Of a stretch of DNA of 64,000 nucleotides, positions 1 through 13,308 are shown piece by piece. The stretch's first letter is position 1. The number at the start of each line of letters is the position of its first letter. The position numbers and the translations under genes are program-made. This DNA is from Mobula hypostoma (lineage: Eukaryota). The stretch covers positions 806,001-870,000 of the forward strand of contig NC_086110.1 in assembly GCF_963921235.1 (NCBI RefSeq). Reading direction: 5' to 3'. The notes under the pieces were generated by a model. The model was not told the DNA's origin, did no database searches, and saw only the letters and a list, made by a program, of their open reading frames with translations.

Positions 1-834
1 GGTATTTTTTTGCACTGTTGTAACTATATGCTATAATTTTGTGTTTTCTGTGAGTTTTTTTAAATCGGTTTGTCATGTGTTTTTCGTGATATCATTCTGG
101 AAAAAACATTTTATCATTTCTTAATGCATGCATTACTAAATTACAATGAAAGGGGTCTACGTGTCCTCATAATCATAATCATAATGAACATAATCATATA
201 TATTTCCGTACTTTGCACGATTTTTAATCTTTTCAATATACGTATACAGTAATGTATGTATTATTAATATAATTTTTCCTATATTATGTATTGCATTGAA
301 CTGCTGCTGCTAAGTTTTAGCAATATTTTTATTGGATTTTACATGCATTTCACGTATACAAATAAACAATAATAATAATTAACTAAACATTGAGAAATGT
401 CATGGTTTTTTGTTCACAATCATCAAAGAAATAGAATTATAACATTGCACATGCTTCAGATAGATTACAAAGTAAAAACAAAAGAAAAAAAAACGAAGAA
501 ACACTCAACAACACACAGCTATTTTAAAATGACTGTGCACCTTGATGTCCAAAAAAACACCAATAAAGGTTTCCACATATTTTCAAATTCTCCTGCCCTT
601 CCTCTAGTTATGTAAGCCAGTCTCTCCAATTCAATACAAGATGTCATCTCCTTCACCCATACATGCACCGAATGTATATCCATTTTTCTCCAAGATAAAG
701 CTATCATCCTCCTGGCCTGCAGGAGTCCAAAGTCAATTGAAATTGATTGTTTTTTTTTCACTAACTGTAAAGTTCTTTGGATATATACATTGTACACAGA
801 TTTTACTTGGTGAGTCACCTTTACTCCAACGATC

Positions 835-3800
835 TCAGATGTAGTCTAAGCAACTGTTTTCCAGTATTTTTCTTAAAATTTGGACAGTCCCATACACAGG
901 AAAACAGAGTATCCTTTTCTTATAACATTTAACACTGTTCTCCGGGAAGTCAGGGGACCAACGTTTCAGTTTGCCCGGGGTAATATTGTATTCATTAATC
1001 ATTTGTATTGCAATAGCTTCACTCTCGTGTTTATTGATTAGTTTTGAGCTTTTAAGCATGTCATTTCCCATTCAGTTTCTTGTATGTCCTCTTGAACCTC
1101 CAGGCTCCATGCCCCAAGCCTGTCAATGGCGGAATCCTTACCATATGACATCAAAGCCGTATAGAATAAAGAAATCTGACTCCTCTATTTTAGGTTTAGA
1201 ACTGTGCGATTTTCAAGATGTGATAGTTAGTGGTGGTTCGGATATTAAATGCTTATATTTTGATAGTATGAAATATTTCAGTTGCAAATATTTTTAAAGT
1301 GTTTTCAGGAATATGGAATGTCTGATACAATTCATCAAATGTAATCAGATTGCATAGAACATAGAATTGTACAGCACAGTACAGGCCCTTCGGTCCACAA
1401 TGTTGTGCTTACTCTCAAGCCCTGCCTCCCATATAAGCCCCCACCTTAGATTCCTCCATATACCTGTCCATTTGTCTCTTAAACTTCACTCGTGTATCTG
1501 CCTCCACCACTGACTCAGGCAGTGCATTCCACGCACCAACCACTCTCTGTGTAAAAAACCTTCCTCTAATATCCCCCTTGAACTTCCCACCCCTTACCTT
1601 AAAGCCATGTACTCTTGTATTGATCAGTGGTGCCCTGGGGAAGAGGCGCTGGCTATCCACTCTATCCATTCCTCTTATTATCTTGTACACCTCTATCATG
1701 TCTCCTCTCATCCTCCTTCTCTCCAAAGTGTAAAGCCCTAGCTCCCTTAATCTCTGATCATAATGCATACTTTCTAAACCAGGCAGCATCCTGGTAAATC
1801 TCCTCTGTACCCTTTCCAATGCTTTCACATCTTTCCTATAGTGAGGATACCATTCATATAAAGGCCCACTATTTTCTGCACACCTTTGCTTGCCCAGATT
1901 CTGAAACCACCATCTGCTCTTCCTGCCCTGAAGTACGTATTGCCATATATTGGGGAGAAGCGAGTAATGGGATGAGTATCTTTAATATGTTGATGTGCTT
2001 TATATCAGATGTCAACAGTATATTCGCAGATGTCAAAAGTATTTTCGAGGAAAGGGTTCTCGGTTGTTCTTTTCAGATTTCTTGGGCCTGTAGAGTATAG
2101 ATAGAGCTTTAATGGGAGTTTTTGCATTGATGCCTGTTCAATATTCAACCAAGCTGGAATGTCATCCATAAAGAAATAAAACAATGTGGAATGTCACTGA
2201 GCAGACCAATAATACCATTTCAGGTTCGGGAGCTGTAGTCCACCACTTTGATATGGCACGTATAACAGCCTAAGTCCCAGTCTAGATTTTTTTATTATTC
2301 CAAATTAATTTACTAAAATTTTGGTAGTGGGAGAGGAAGTGATTGAAAAAGGTATAGAAATTTTGGCAATATATTCATTTTCATCATGTTTATACGGCCA
2401 TTCATCGATGTGGGCATTGTTATCCATCGATCCCAAGTCTCGTTCACTTCCCCCACTAGTGGATCACAGTTTGTTGGGACCATTGTTTTAATTTCAGGGG
2501 TAATTTTGACACAAGGTAGGTAAATCCTTCCTTTGTATTTATAAATGTATTTTTTTATGACTGGTTTCAATCTTTCTTCTGTGTTCAAATACATATTGAT
2601 GATTTTGAGTTGTTCATGTCATAATCAGAGAACTGGCCAAACGATTCAATCTGTTGCATTAGGTTTGGAATAATGACGGAAATAAATGTAAAAAAAAACA
2701 CATTGTCAGTATATAAGGATATTCTGTGTTCCTGTTATCCTTGCTGGATGCCCAATAGGCCTGTCTGTGTTCTTATTGCCATAGCTTGGTGTTTTATGGC
2801 CAGTATAAAGAACATCTGTGACAAAGGAATCTTTGGAGAGTACCTCGCTTCAAGACGACTGGTTTAGAAACTGTACTATTTGTTAAGACACTGGCTTTTG
2901 GATTTGTATATAAAATCTGAATCCACTTAAGGAAGTTTTTTCCAAATCCGAATCTAGGCAATATATTAAATATATATGGCCATTCTCTTTTAACGAAGGC
3001 CTACCGATCATCCAGTGATAACACCGCTGTATTTTAGCATTATTTTTTTCGTGAATTATGTGAAGAACTCTTCTAATATATGGAATCCTTGGCGTTTTTG
3101 CAGAAAACCATTCTGATCATTATGAACTAGATGTGACATATAATTATCTAATCTTCTCACCAGGGCTTTACAAAGTATTTTTGTGTCCGATCCAATTAAA
3201 CTTATCGGTCTAAATGAGGAACATTCTGTAGGCGGTTTGCCTGGCTTCAAGATCAGAGTTATCATTGCCAACCTTACAGAGGGTGGAAGAATTACATTCC
3301 GATAAGGTTCATCATACATATTTAAGAGTGAGACGAGTAATTTTTTTCTTGAAATGATTTGTAGAATTCAATTGTTAGGCCGTCCTGCCCTGGCGTTTTA
3401 CGACTATTAATATTCTGGATAGCCTGTGATATCTCTTGAATTGGTATACCTGTACCTATCTCCTTTTTTTGCATCTTCTGTCAGTGTCTGGAATTGAAAG
3501 TGATCAAAAAATGTATCCCGTTATTCTGAGACTTGGGGGAATTCTGATCTATATAAGTGCACACAAAACTTTGTAAAACAGTTTTTTTAAATTTCCAATG
3601 AGTCTACTGTTCGGCTTCCTAAAGAGGTTGTTATATTATTAGTTGCTCTATGAACCTCTACTTTGTTAATTCTCCATGCCAATAGTTTTCCAGCTTTTTC
3701 TCATTGATCGTAATAAGATTGCTTCATCCACATTAAACTTTTTTTCAGCTTTATCTGCATATAATTTTTCATATTTGGCTCTCAAAGGTAGCAGATCTCT

Positions 3801-4800
3801 TGGTTTTGGTTGATCATCCCTTTCATTTCGTTCTTTCTCTAAAGGTATAATTATTTTTCCAAAGTTTCCATCTCTATTTTTGTTGTTTGGACGTGGAGCT
3901 TGTATAACTAATGATTTATCCTCTAATATATGCCTTGAACGCCTCCCATCTCGTGCTGCCACCAGTTTGAACTGTATTTAACTCAAAATAACTATCTATT
4001 TTAGTTTCCACAAATTTAACAACGTCTTGGTTTTGTAGCCATATCACCTGGAATCGCCAGTTAGGGGGACTGTGAATAAATTTCTCTATATGAGTACTTA
4101 ATGAAATAGCAGCATGGTCGCTCCATATGTAATGCTATCATACCAGCAACTTTTAATCTTTGATAAGAGCTCTCTTGAGACAAGAAAATAATCAATACGA
4201 GAACGAGATGTGCATGTATTTGAATAGCAAGAGTATTCTATTTTGCCCGGTTTTGTTCTCTGCATACTACAACCAAATTTGTATCCACGATGTATTGTTT
4301 TAATAATGTTATAATTTGTGCCTTGTAGGTAACACAGCCTGTAAAGCATTCCATTGCTGGGTTTAAAGTGCAATTAAAGTCTCCTCCAATGAAATAAAAG
4401 CCTCGAAAACGTACACAGTGAGGGAAAAATCTTGAAAAAAAAGTAGGATTATACTCATTTAGGCCATTTATATTGACAAGGTTTAATGTGGAACAGAGGA
4501 TATTACCTTGCATAATAACATGCATTCCGGCTGAGTCTTAGGTTGTTTTCATAGTTTGAAATGGTATCGTTCTATGCATAAGTGTAAGTACACCTCTAGC
4601 ATCGCTGTTGTATGTTGTATATATTGCTTGTCCAGGCCATCTATTCCGCACCTATTTAATATCCGAGATTTTCAGATAGGTTTCTTGAAGAAAAAAACTA
4701 TTTTTGGACTTGAGCGGTATGATCCTATTTATAATCTGTTTTAATTTGGTTAACTTCTTTAGTCCCCTAACATTCCAACCTTTGACTTTAATATTCAAGA
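835..4800 (-). pseudogene. L1 ORF2 (APE endonuclease + reverse transcriptase), many stops and frameshifts
   Basis: Fragments: WNVRG...FLQET (~4690-4770), FIGGDFNC (4238-4525), SRIDYFL (4098-4373), ITLILKPGKPPTECSSFRPISL...LVHNDQNGF (3056-3319), GRINMMKMNILPKFLYLFQSLP (2313-2594). 3' limit approximate. Confidence 0.88.
1353..1841 (-). mobile_element. CR1 LINE 3' fragment nested in L1
   Basis: ORF 1415-1828 ALERVQRRFTRMLPGL...LERRRMRGDMIEVYKI...FFTQRVVGAWNALP is the CR1 ORF2 C-terminus; CATAGAAC repeat tail at the left end. Confidence 0.92.
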
Positions 4801-5231
4801 TATTGTGAGTGTGTTTTTGTTACGTATATATGCATGTCATTTATACCAGGAAACGGAGTAAGAAATATTACTCCTGTGTTGGGTGCACGATATACATTTG
4901 CACATATAGACATCTGAAGTCTTGAATTCCCCCTCCCTTACTCAAAACATAAAACTATAGGGCTTGTGCAGATCCACCGTAAGGAGGAGCAGCTAAACTA
5001 TGCGAACCTAACCCCATGGCAACTAGTGGTCGCCATCAACCACGCACCGTATTATATTGTGAACATTATCTCCTCAACCCACTACCATAAAAATAAAATC
5101 AAAGTAGGCAATAAACTGTATGCCAGTACTGCCTATAATAAATGTTCACTCAGATCCATGGAGTTCCATCTCAATAGAATTAAGATTTCAATAAACAAAA
5201 AAATTATAAATAATTTTAAAAAAGGCAAATA

Positions 5232-6250
5232 ATAAAGCTATTCCGGCGGGATAAACAAACTCTTAAATGGAAAGTGAGTCCACGGACAGAAGATTGGTTT
5301 GTGTGATGTGCTGCGCCGTGTTCACGATCTTCTGCAGCTTCTTTCGGTCTTGGATAGGACAACTGGCGTACCAGGTTGTGATGCACCCTAGAAGAATGCT
5401 TTCCCCGGTGCATCTATAATAATTAGTGAGGGTTTTTTGGGACAGGCCAAATTTCTTTAGTTTTCTCAGGAAGCAAAGGCGCTGGTGGGCCTTCTTGGCA
5501 GTGAACTCTACTTGGTTGGACCAAGTCATGTCATTTGTGATACTGACCCCGAGGAACTTAAAGCTTTTGACGTGTTCCACTTGCGCACCACCGATGTAAA
5601 TTGAGTTCTGCGGTCCGCTACTCCTTCTGAAGTCAACAACCAATTCCTTCGTCTTGCTGACGTTGAGGGATAGGTTATTGTCTTCGCACCATGTCACCAG
5701 GTTCTTAATTTCCTCTCTGTACTCAAACTCATCATTACCCGAGAAACGACCTGCAATTGTTGTGTCATTAGCAAACTTATATTGAGCTTAATGGAAACTT
5801 GGTTACACAATCACGGGTGTACAGTGAGTACAGCAGGGGGCTGAGTACACAGCCTTATGCGGCACCGGTGCTCAGAGTGAATGTAGAGGAGAGCTTGTCC
5901 CCTAGTTATACAGCTTGGGTCCTTTCTGTGAGGAAGTTGAAGATCCAGTTGCAGATCTGAGTGCTAAGGCCCAGGTTCTGGAGCTTAGGAATCAGTTTAT
6001 TTGGAATGATGGTAGAAAAGGCAGAGCTGTAGAAATGGAAAGGAACTTTACCTATGCGTTTTTATTCTCCAGGTGTTGTAAGGTGGAATGTAAGGCCAGA
6101 CAGATGGCACCAGCCGTTGAACTGTTGCTCCGGTAGGCGAATTGTAAAGCGTCGAGGTTGACTGGTAGGCTGTGGTTGATGTGTGCCATAACCAATCTCT
6201 CGAAGCACTTCATAGTAATTGATGCCAGAGCCACAGGTCGATAGTCATTC
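5232..6250 (-). mobile_element. Rex1/Babar-type LINE RT fragment nested in the L1 inter-ORF spacer
   Basis: WCEDNNLSLNVSKTKELVVDFRR...KFLGV...KKAHQRLCFLRKLKK (5263-5697); [14 protein letters not shown]...LDALQFAYR (6052-6234). Confidence 0.88.
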
Positions 6251-6759
6251 CGGAGTGGTCAAAAAGAAAAAAAAAAATCGATCACTATAATTGTAAATAA
6301 AAGATTACAACAATTACAAACATAAAATAGTTTTTACTTCCTCATAATTCAAAAAAAAGACCAAGTGCCGATTCATATTATTAGTTTATTTCATATATAA
6401 ATGATTGGAAATGACGCAGCAAGAGAAGATAAATTCTGAGAAGAAGGACAGAGCAATTCACCACCTTAAGATGTAATACTTCTCCAATAAAGTTTCAAAC
6501 AAAAGGAAAATCAAACACTGAATCTACTACTTAATTACTCTCAAAAGAAAACTGATGAAAAGTGAAAAAAATACAAAATCACTAACGAAAAAAGAAAAAA
6601 AGAAGAATACTTTCATTCAAAAATACGAAAAACTCCTACACTACAAAACCAAGGCGACAGCCTTCAAAATGTAAAAAACGAAATCTCTAATCTGGATATT
6701 AGCTTTTTTCTTCAAAAAAAAACACGAAAAGCAAGTTACAAATTACAAAAAAGAAAAAA

Positions 6760-7140
6760 AAATGCATTATTTGATCCTTAATGTGAATATCGTGAAACCG
6801 AACAATAACAGGTCTCGGTTTAAATTCTTCGGAAGGTGCGATACGCACGATTTAGCAATGGGGGGGCCGCCATAACTTCTGGTCCAAACACATCCATTAA
6901 CAATTTAGAAAAGTATTTAGTGGGATCGCCCATCTCAACATCTTTGGGAACTCCGATTATTCCCAGATTCTGTCGCCAAGTTTGATTTTCAAGATCGATA
7001 ATCTTTGATTTATAACATTACAACAGCTGAGATGTCGAAGACAGATTTCTCTCCACAGATTCAATTTTTTGGTCTCTCTTCCGACCGGCTTCAACCAGCT
7101 CTGAAATTCTAATCTGTTGTTGATCGACTTCGCATCTAAA
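6760..7140 (-). pseudogene. L1 ORF1 remnant (coiled coil + RRM-type region)
   Basis: Hand translation across frameshifts: QIRISELVEAGRKRDQKIESVE...IIDLENQTWRQNLGIIGVP...FSKLLMDVF...LNRAYR...KPRPVIVRFH, typical L1 ORF1p motifs. Confidence 0.75.
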
Positions 7141-7147
7141 CCAATTA

Positions 7148-7461
7148 GACCATAAGACCATAAGAAAAAGGAGCAGAAGTAGGCCATTCAGCCTATCGAG
7201 TCTGTTCCGCCATTTTATCATGAGCTGATCCATTCTCCTATTTAGTCCCACTCCCCCGCCTTCTCACCATAACCTTTCATGCCCTGGCTACTCAGATACC
7301 TATCAATCTCTGCCTTAAATACACATAATGACTTGGCCTCCACTGCTGCCCATGGCAACAAATTCCATAGATTCACCACCGTCTGACTAAAAAAAAAACT
7401 TCGCATTTCTGTTCTGAATGGGCACCCTTCAATCCTTAAGTAATGCCCTTTCGTACTAGAT
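7148..7461 (-). mobile_element. CR1 3' end fragment nested in L1 ORF1
   Basis: (ACCATAAG)n tail; ORF RIEGCPFRTEMRSFFFSQTVVNLWNLLP...GMKGYGEKAG. Confidence 0.9.
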
Positions 7462-10261
7462 TTAACATATGATTTAACATCATATTGAATGATCTTCAAA
7501 ACGTCTTCAAACGGAGCAAATCTTTAGTTAACTGTATCCTCTAGAAGTTTTGACATTGTTTCGTTGTTAATGGAATATGCTTAGATGCTTGGGGATCGCT
7601 ATCTTTTTTTTTCGTTCCCGCCGGAAACTTTCCCACCTTTAACTTTATGCTCTCTGGTCAGCATTTTCAGTAAGTTAAAATCGAAGTTCAAAGATCTATT
7701 TGTGGTATAAACCCTTTAGTGCAGGTATAGATAAAGTAAATAAAGGTGGTTACAGGTAAAAGAAGTAAAGAGAATGGTGAGAATGCGAACTGTACCTCAC
7801 GCTATGAGCGTCTCCTGGAGAGTCTTCTAACCTTATTATACCAATGACTGCATATCCCCTGCTGTAACCCTATTACACCCATGACTCTGGGTCCAGGTAC
7901 AGGACAAGCCTATCTTTAAATTTGAAATTGACAGTACTGTTGCTGGTCTCAAAATCAATGTGGAAAAAGGATACAGGAAAAATATCGTGAACCTCTCCTT
8001 AGTTCCTTATTGTCTGTTACCTGTTATCTGTGAATACTGCCATTAATAGAATTAGACTTCACACCTCATGCTGAAGGGGGCAGAAATACAAAATCTGTAC
8101 GTCATCTTTGAAGGGTGCTCGAAAAATTCTCAACAAACGTCTGCAATTATGATATTACTATATGACGTTATGGGCGGTGTACAGTTTCACGTTTTAATGT
8201 ATTACAGAGCAATTTGTAAAGTCACCGGGCCAATTGGCATGGATTTGAAAGCACTGACGGAAAAATTACAAACTGGTCCAAGTTCATGGTGTAAAATCAG
8301 CAAACTGCATGATCACAGAATTTTGTTTTCTGCAGAAGAGAGCACATTGGGGCAGTTTTGTTTAATCTTAGATGACAACATTTGGTGATCTATGGTAATT
8401 TGAACCAAACGCAGAATGTTCCTACGCTTGCATTTTTGTTTCATGAATCAGCCATTTTCAATGCAGACAAATACTGATTTTAATTTAGTCTCGCCACTTT
8501 TGGGTATAGCATATGGGTATGGTGAAGGAATTAGAATAAGGAGTAACTCGAAATTTGATGTAAAGTCGAAAAAGCCAGTTTGTCGTTTCAGTTCTTGCAG
8601 CATTCAGTGTCCCCAGCTCGTTAGGTATTTCATTACTAAAGGAATGCATTCCTTTTGTGCTGTGTTCCTTTAATTGTCCATTCAAAATTGGATCAGCCAT
8701 GATGAAATGGCAGTGCAGGCTAGATGGGCGAAATGGCGTAAAGCGGCACCTATATCTTTTGGTGTCATGCACTATATTTGATATTATTGGAAAAATGACA
8801 GAAAAAAATAATTGTTCCGGTTAATTCAGTCGCAATGGAGGATTGAGATGTTAAAAAATGCTAGTTACAACATCAGAGCAAGAGGAAGGCCGGTCCAAAC
8901 CCATAAGTTAAGGGAGGAAACTGAACAATTGTGGTGACCTCTCCGCAGGTGTCCCGTTAACTGCTTTCTTAATAAATATCCTAGACTGTTGTTTCATGTG
9001 CACTTTTGCATATCCGCACTCCTGTAATTTCGTTCAGAGTACTTTGTCTTCAGGGAATCAGGCCAGTCATTCATGCTAGTCGTGTGTTTTGCCTGCAAAA
9101 CAAAGGTTGGGAAAATAGCTAGAACCTAGCAAATAAATTTAGCTTTCCGATCAAAGAATACTCATAGAAAGTGGTCTTTGATATACTTTTTCGTATATAA
9201 GTATCTCTCCTCGATGCAGATGTTCCTTGCTTTTAACTGACTTGGTCACATTTATCGTAGTATGATGCACCTTATCGTTCAGTGATATCTCCATAAAACG
9301 GAAATTAAAGTTACGCATTACAGTTGCTCGAACACAAACTTATTATTCTTGACGCTCAGGTAACTATCATGAACTATATACTGCAGTATGTACATAGAGG
9401 AAGATTCATGACACGAACTTATCAGTATGACAATAGTTGCATTATCCTTTAGACGATTGATTTGATAAAATTTCTTAAATTGTGCTAAGTGAAATTTTGC
9501 GCACTGGGTCACATAGACTTGCAGATGCCCAATGATTCCACTGTATTTTCCCATTTCGAAATTTAAATAACACAGCAATTGCTGTAACCTGCTTACTATA
9601 TTGGCATGCATTAACAACTGTTCTGGAGTATCAATAAGGAGAATCATAAGGGGATGCAAAGGATTGCCCACACAATCATTTCCTTTCGGGCCACAACGCG
9701 ACAAATAAAGCATACCTTCACAAGGCGTTGCTTCAAGAAGGTGGCATCCATCATTATGGACGCTCGCCATCCATGAAATGTTTTGTATTTTGATTCGGAC
9801 TCTGTGCACCTAAAACACTTTAAATATTCTTAAAGGTCTCTGGTCATTTTGTTTCAGAGAGGTTACTTCCTCTTAAATAGAAATAAAACATTCATAGTTG
9901 TGATTTTTCGAAATTTTGTTATCTGCAGAGAGTAGAGACGATAAGCTGGATTAAATTTAACAATTGGTTAGAGATACATGCAATAATGCACAGTTTAATC
10001 AGTAATATTTGTCTTCTGAATAATTGAGCAAATCATGAAGAAAGAATACATTTTTTAAAAGCATTTTTGGAAAGGTGGGCAAAGCATGATCTAAGAAATA
10101 TATATTGAAGTTGAAGCACCAGTGTTAGAGAGCACACAAAACAATAATGTCTGAAGGGTGAATCAGTCATTAGTTAGGTTATGGTAATATTTAATGAACA
10201 CAGATACAAAAAAAATCACAAGATGTTTAAAAAATATTCGAAAAGTAATACTGGACATTAT

Positions 10262-11650
10262 AGTCCAGTAAGTTTGACGTCGGTAGTGGATAAGTTATTG
10301 AAGGGAGTACTAAGAGACAGAATCTACAGGCAATTGGATGAATAGGGACTTATTAGGAAGAGGCAACATGGCTTTGTGCGTGGTAGGTTATGTTTGTCCA
10401 ATCTGCTGGAGTTTTTCGACGAGGTTACCAGGAAAGTTGATGAAGGGAAGGCAGTGAATATTGTCTTCATGGACTTCAGTAAGGCCGTTGACAAGGTCCC
10501 GCATGGCAGGTTAGTTCGGAAAATTCAGTCGCTAGGTATACATAGAGAGGTGGTAGCTGGATTAGACATCGGTTCAATGGAAAAAGCCAAAGAGTGATAG
10601 TAGAGAATTGATTCTGAGAGTGGAGGCCAGTGATTAGTGGTGTGCCACACGGATCAGTGCTGGGTCCATTGTTATTTGTCATCTATATCAATGATCTGGA
10701 TGATAATGTGGTACATTGGATCAGCAAATTTGCTGATGATACAAAGATTGGAGGTGTAGTGGACAGTGAGGAAGGTTTTCAGAGCCTGCAGAGGGTCTTG
10801 GACCAACTGGAAAAATGGGCTGAAAAATGGCAGATGGGGTTTAATACAGACAAGCGTGAGGTCTGGAAGGACAAACAAAGGTAGAACATACAGGGTAAGT
10901 GGTAAGGCACTGAGGAGTGCAGTAGAACAGAGGGATATGGGAATACAGATACAAAATTCCCTAAAAGTGACGGCACAGGTAAATAAGGTCGTAAAGAGAG
11001 CTTTTTGTACATTGGCCTTTATTAATGAAAGTATTAAGTATAAGAGCTGGTATGTTATTATGAAGTTGCATAACGCATTGGTGAGGCCGAATCTGGAGTA
11101 TTGTGTTCAATATTGGTCACCAAATTACAGGATGGTTATTAGTGAGGTTGAAAGAGTGCAGAGAAGGTTTGCAAGGATGTTGCTGGGATTTGAGAAACTC
11201 AGCTTCAGAGAAAGGTTGAATAGGTTAGGAATTTATTCCCTGGAGTGTAGAAGAATGAGGGGAGATTTGATAGAGTTACATAAAACTATGAAGGGTATAG
11301 ATAGAGTGAATGCAAGCAGACATTTTTTCCACTGAGGCAAGGGGAGAATAAAACAGAGGTCAAGGGTGGGGGGGGGGAGTTTAAAGGAACATTGTGGTTG
11401 TGGTGGTGGGGGGGGCTTCTTCACACAGAGAGTGGTGGGATAATGGAATGAGCTGCCAGACGAGGTAGTAAATGCTATTTTTTTTTTTTTTAGCATTTAG
11501 GAATAAATTGGACAGATACATGGATGGGAGGTGTATGGAGCGATATGGTCCGTTTGCAGGTCAGTGGGAGTAGACAGAAAATAGTTCAGCACAGCCAAGG
11601 ACCAAAAGACCAGTTTCCGTGCTGTAGTTTTTATATGGTTTCGATGGTTT
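10262..11650 (+). mobile_element. 5'-truncated CR1 LINE (RT domain to 3' tail)
   Basis: GRLCLSNLLEFF, FMDFSKAVDKVPH, GVPHGSVLGP, KFADDTKIGG, RPNLEYCVQYWSP; frameshifted. Confidence 0.92.
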
Positions 11651-12516
11651 CCATGTCCTGCACAAAATTACGTAAAGAAAGATGTTCAACCACGGACATA
11701 AGAGAAATTATAAGATTCAAAGAGAACGTTTATAAGCCTCTCAGAAATAATGAAGGGTTGCAGAATATAGGCATTGATAATTCAGAAAAAAGAACATGAA
11801 AATTGATATGCTTATTAGAGTATGAAAACAATCGTGCAAGGAATGTAACATTTTCATTTGAAAATTGTGCAAATTTATAAAGAGTGCAGCAAATATGGTA
11901 ACTTTACATTCATAAAGGTAGTAAATATACTTGGCCAAATAACATGCAGGGGAAGTTCGATCACTGCATTCATTTAGTCTTCGCAAAGCAGCACAAAAGA
12001 AGCAGCTGCGACATGAGTATGTAAGGAGGAAAGGAATGAAGGAAATCAGTTTTCGGAAAGACATAAAAATTCGAAATTAATGGGGATAAAAGGGTAACAA
12101 ATTACCAGGACCTGACAATTGCATCCCAAAACGAAGTTCCCAAATGGAAACAGAAATATGGATTTATTGGTCGTAATGTCTCAAATTCTTCAGAGTCTGG
12201 AGACGAGCACGTGATTGACGAGCGAACGAGAATTCTATTACAAAAAAAAAAGAAAACATGCATGCAAGCTCAAAGACAGCAGTCAACATAGTGGGAAGAA
12301 TCTCTTATTAAAGTTTCAACTGAAAAGTTTTATTGGGATTCAGACAAAAATAAATAATGGGTAGCAAATTCGTTCTCAGTCGTCTGGAGCTTAGACAGAA
12401 GAAGGGTAGGGAGGTTATATGAGCTGGAGAGGAGAAAAAAAAACAAACTGCGTAATGCGGGCAAGTAGATCTAGAACATACAAGCATCGTGATTCAATTG
12501 GAAGAGGAAGAGACGC

Positions 12517-12557
<41 letters not shown>

Positions 12558-12558
12558 G
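12517..12558. repeat. (GTT)n microsatellite
   Basis: Direct reading, about 14 units. Confidence 0.97.
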
Positions 12559-12749
12559 ATTTTTGCCGCACAGCCGGTGTGTACAGTCCAGTTGAGATCT
12601 TCAGAGATGTATATACCGAGGAACTTGAAGCTATTCACCCTGTCAGCTGTTAATCGAGCTTAGCCTGTCTCTGTTCCTCCGGTAATCCACGATCAGATCT
12701 TTTGTTTTATATATTGCTATATGTATTTATTGTTGACCGACTGTGGCAG

Positions 12750-12839
12750 TTACATAGATCTGATGGGAATATTGGCGTATATTTCAAAGTTCAAATATAT
12801 GCAGTTATGTACCGGTGTGTAAAAATATTGAAAATCTAA
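12750..12839 (-). CDS. Candidate terminal cytoplasmic exon 'b' of the IgSF receptor: LDFQYFYTPVHNCIYLNFEIYANIPIRSM* (needs phase-0 entry)
   Basis: Acceptor ccctttttgcag at 12840-41; open to TAA 12750-52; AATAAA at 12726-31 about 20 nt after the stop; same reading frame and stop position as paralogous exon 'a'. Confidence 0.5.
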   Translation of the reverse strand, partial: LDFQYFYTPVHNCIYLNFEIYANIPIRSM

Positions 12840-12911
12840 CTGCAAAAAGGGCACACGAGACAGATTAGAAAGAGGGACAGAATTGATTGAGTTTTCAGAT
12901 ATTAGAGTCAC

Positions 12912-13190
12912 AAAATACTCTGCAGATGCTGCGTTCAAAGCAACACTCACAAGACGCTGGAGGAACTCAGCAGGTTGGGCAGCATCCGTGGGAACGATCA
13001 GTCAACGTTTCGGGCCGGAACCCTTCATCAGGACTGAAGAGGGAAGGGGCAGAGGCCGTATAAAGAAGGTGGAAGGAGGGTGGGAAGGAGAAGGCTGGTA
13101 GGTTCCAGGTGAATAACCAGTAAGGGGAACGATAAATGGGTGGGAAAGGGGAAGCAGGGAGGTGATAGGCAGGAAAAGTGAAGAAGGAAT
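12912..13190 (-). mobile_element. Penelope-like element terminal repeat fragment
   Basis: ctgcagatgctg...ggaactcagcagg...gcagcatc...tttcgggcc...ccttcatcaggact, same family as 29775-30101, which adjoins a GIY-YIG remnant. Confidence 0.82.
12999..13036 (-). ncRNA. Minimal type I hammerhead ribozyme (Penelope-associated)
   Basis: RNA CAGUC-CUGAUGA-AGGGUUCCGGCCC-GAAA-CG-UU/GACUG: perfect 5-bp stem I, catalytic core, stem II GGG/CCC, palindromic ACGU stem III, GUU cleavage triplet. Confidence 0.82.
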
Positions 13191-13213
13191 ATATTGTTGA
13201 CCGACTGTGGCAG

Positions 13214-13308
13214 TTACAGAGATATAATGGCAAGTTTGGCGTATATTTCAAAGGCCACGTGTAAGCAATCATGCCCTGTTGTGTAAAAATAAGAACTTAC
13301 ATAACTAA
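13214..13308 (-). CDS. Candidate cytoplasmic exon 'a' of the IgSF receptor: (V)SYVSSYFYTTGHDCLHVAFEIYAKLAIISL*
   Basis: Acceptor ccctttttgcag at 13309-10; phase 1 matches the TM exon donor; 95 nt open to TAA; contains YxxL (YAKL). Confidence 0.6.

Larger units (their letters stand above)
322..7830 (-). mobile_element. Near full-length degenerate L1-clade LINE, split by three younger insertions
   Basis: Minus-strand order ORF1 (~6760-7140), AT-rich spacer, APE, RT, then a T-rich (poly-A tail) end at ~322. CR1 1353-1841, Rex1/Babar 5232-6250 and CR1 7148-7461 interrupt it. Ends approximate, no TSD found. Confidence 0.85.

Noticed and set aside
8416-8772. Overlapping 85-95 aa ORFs in non-repeat DNA
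   Set aside because: No recognisable domain, splice structure or motif on either strand.
9030-9115. Alternative last exon (tttgttttgcag|GC AAA ACA CAC GAC TAG, GKTHD*)
   Set aside because: Phase-compatible but only five codons, 6 kb away and with no supporting conservation; could be chance.
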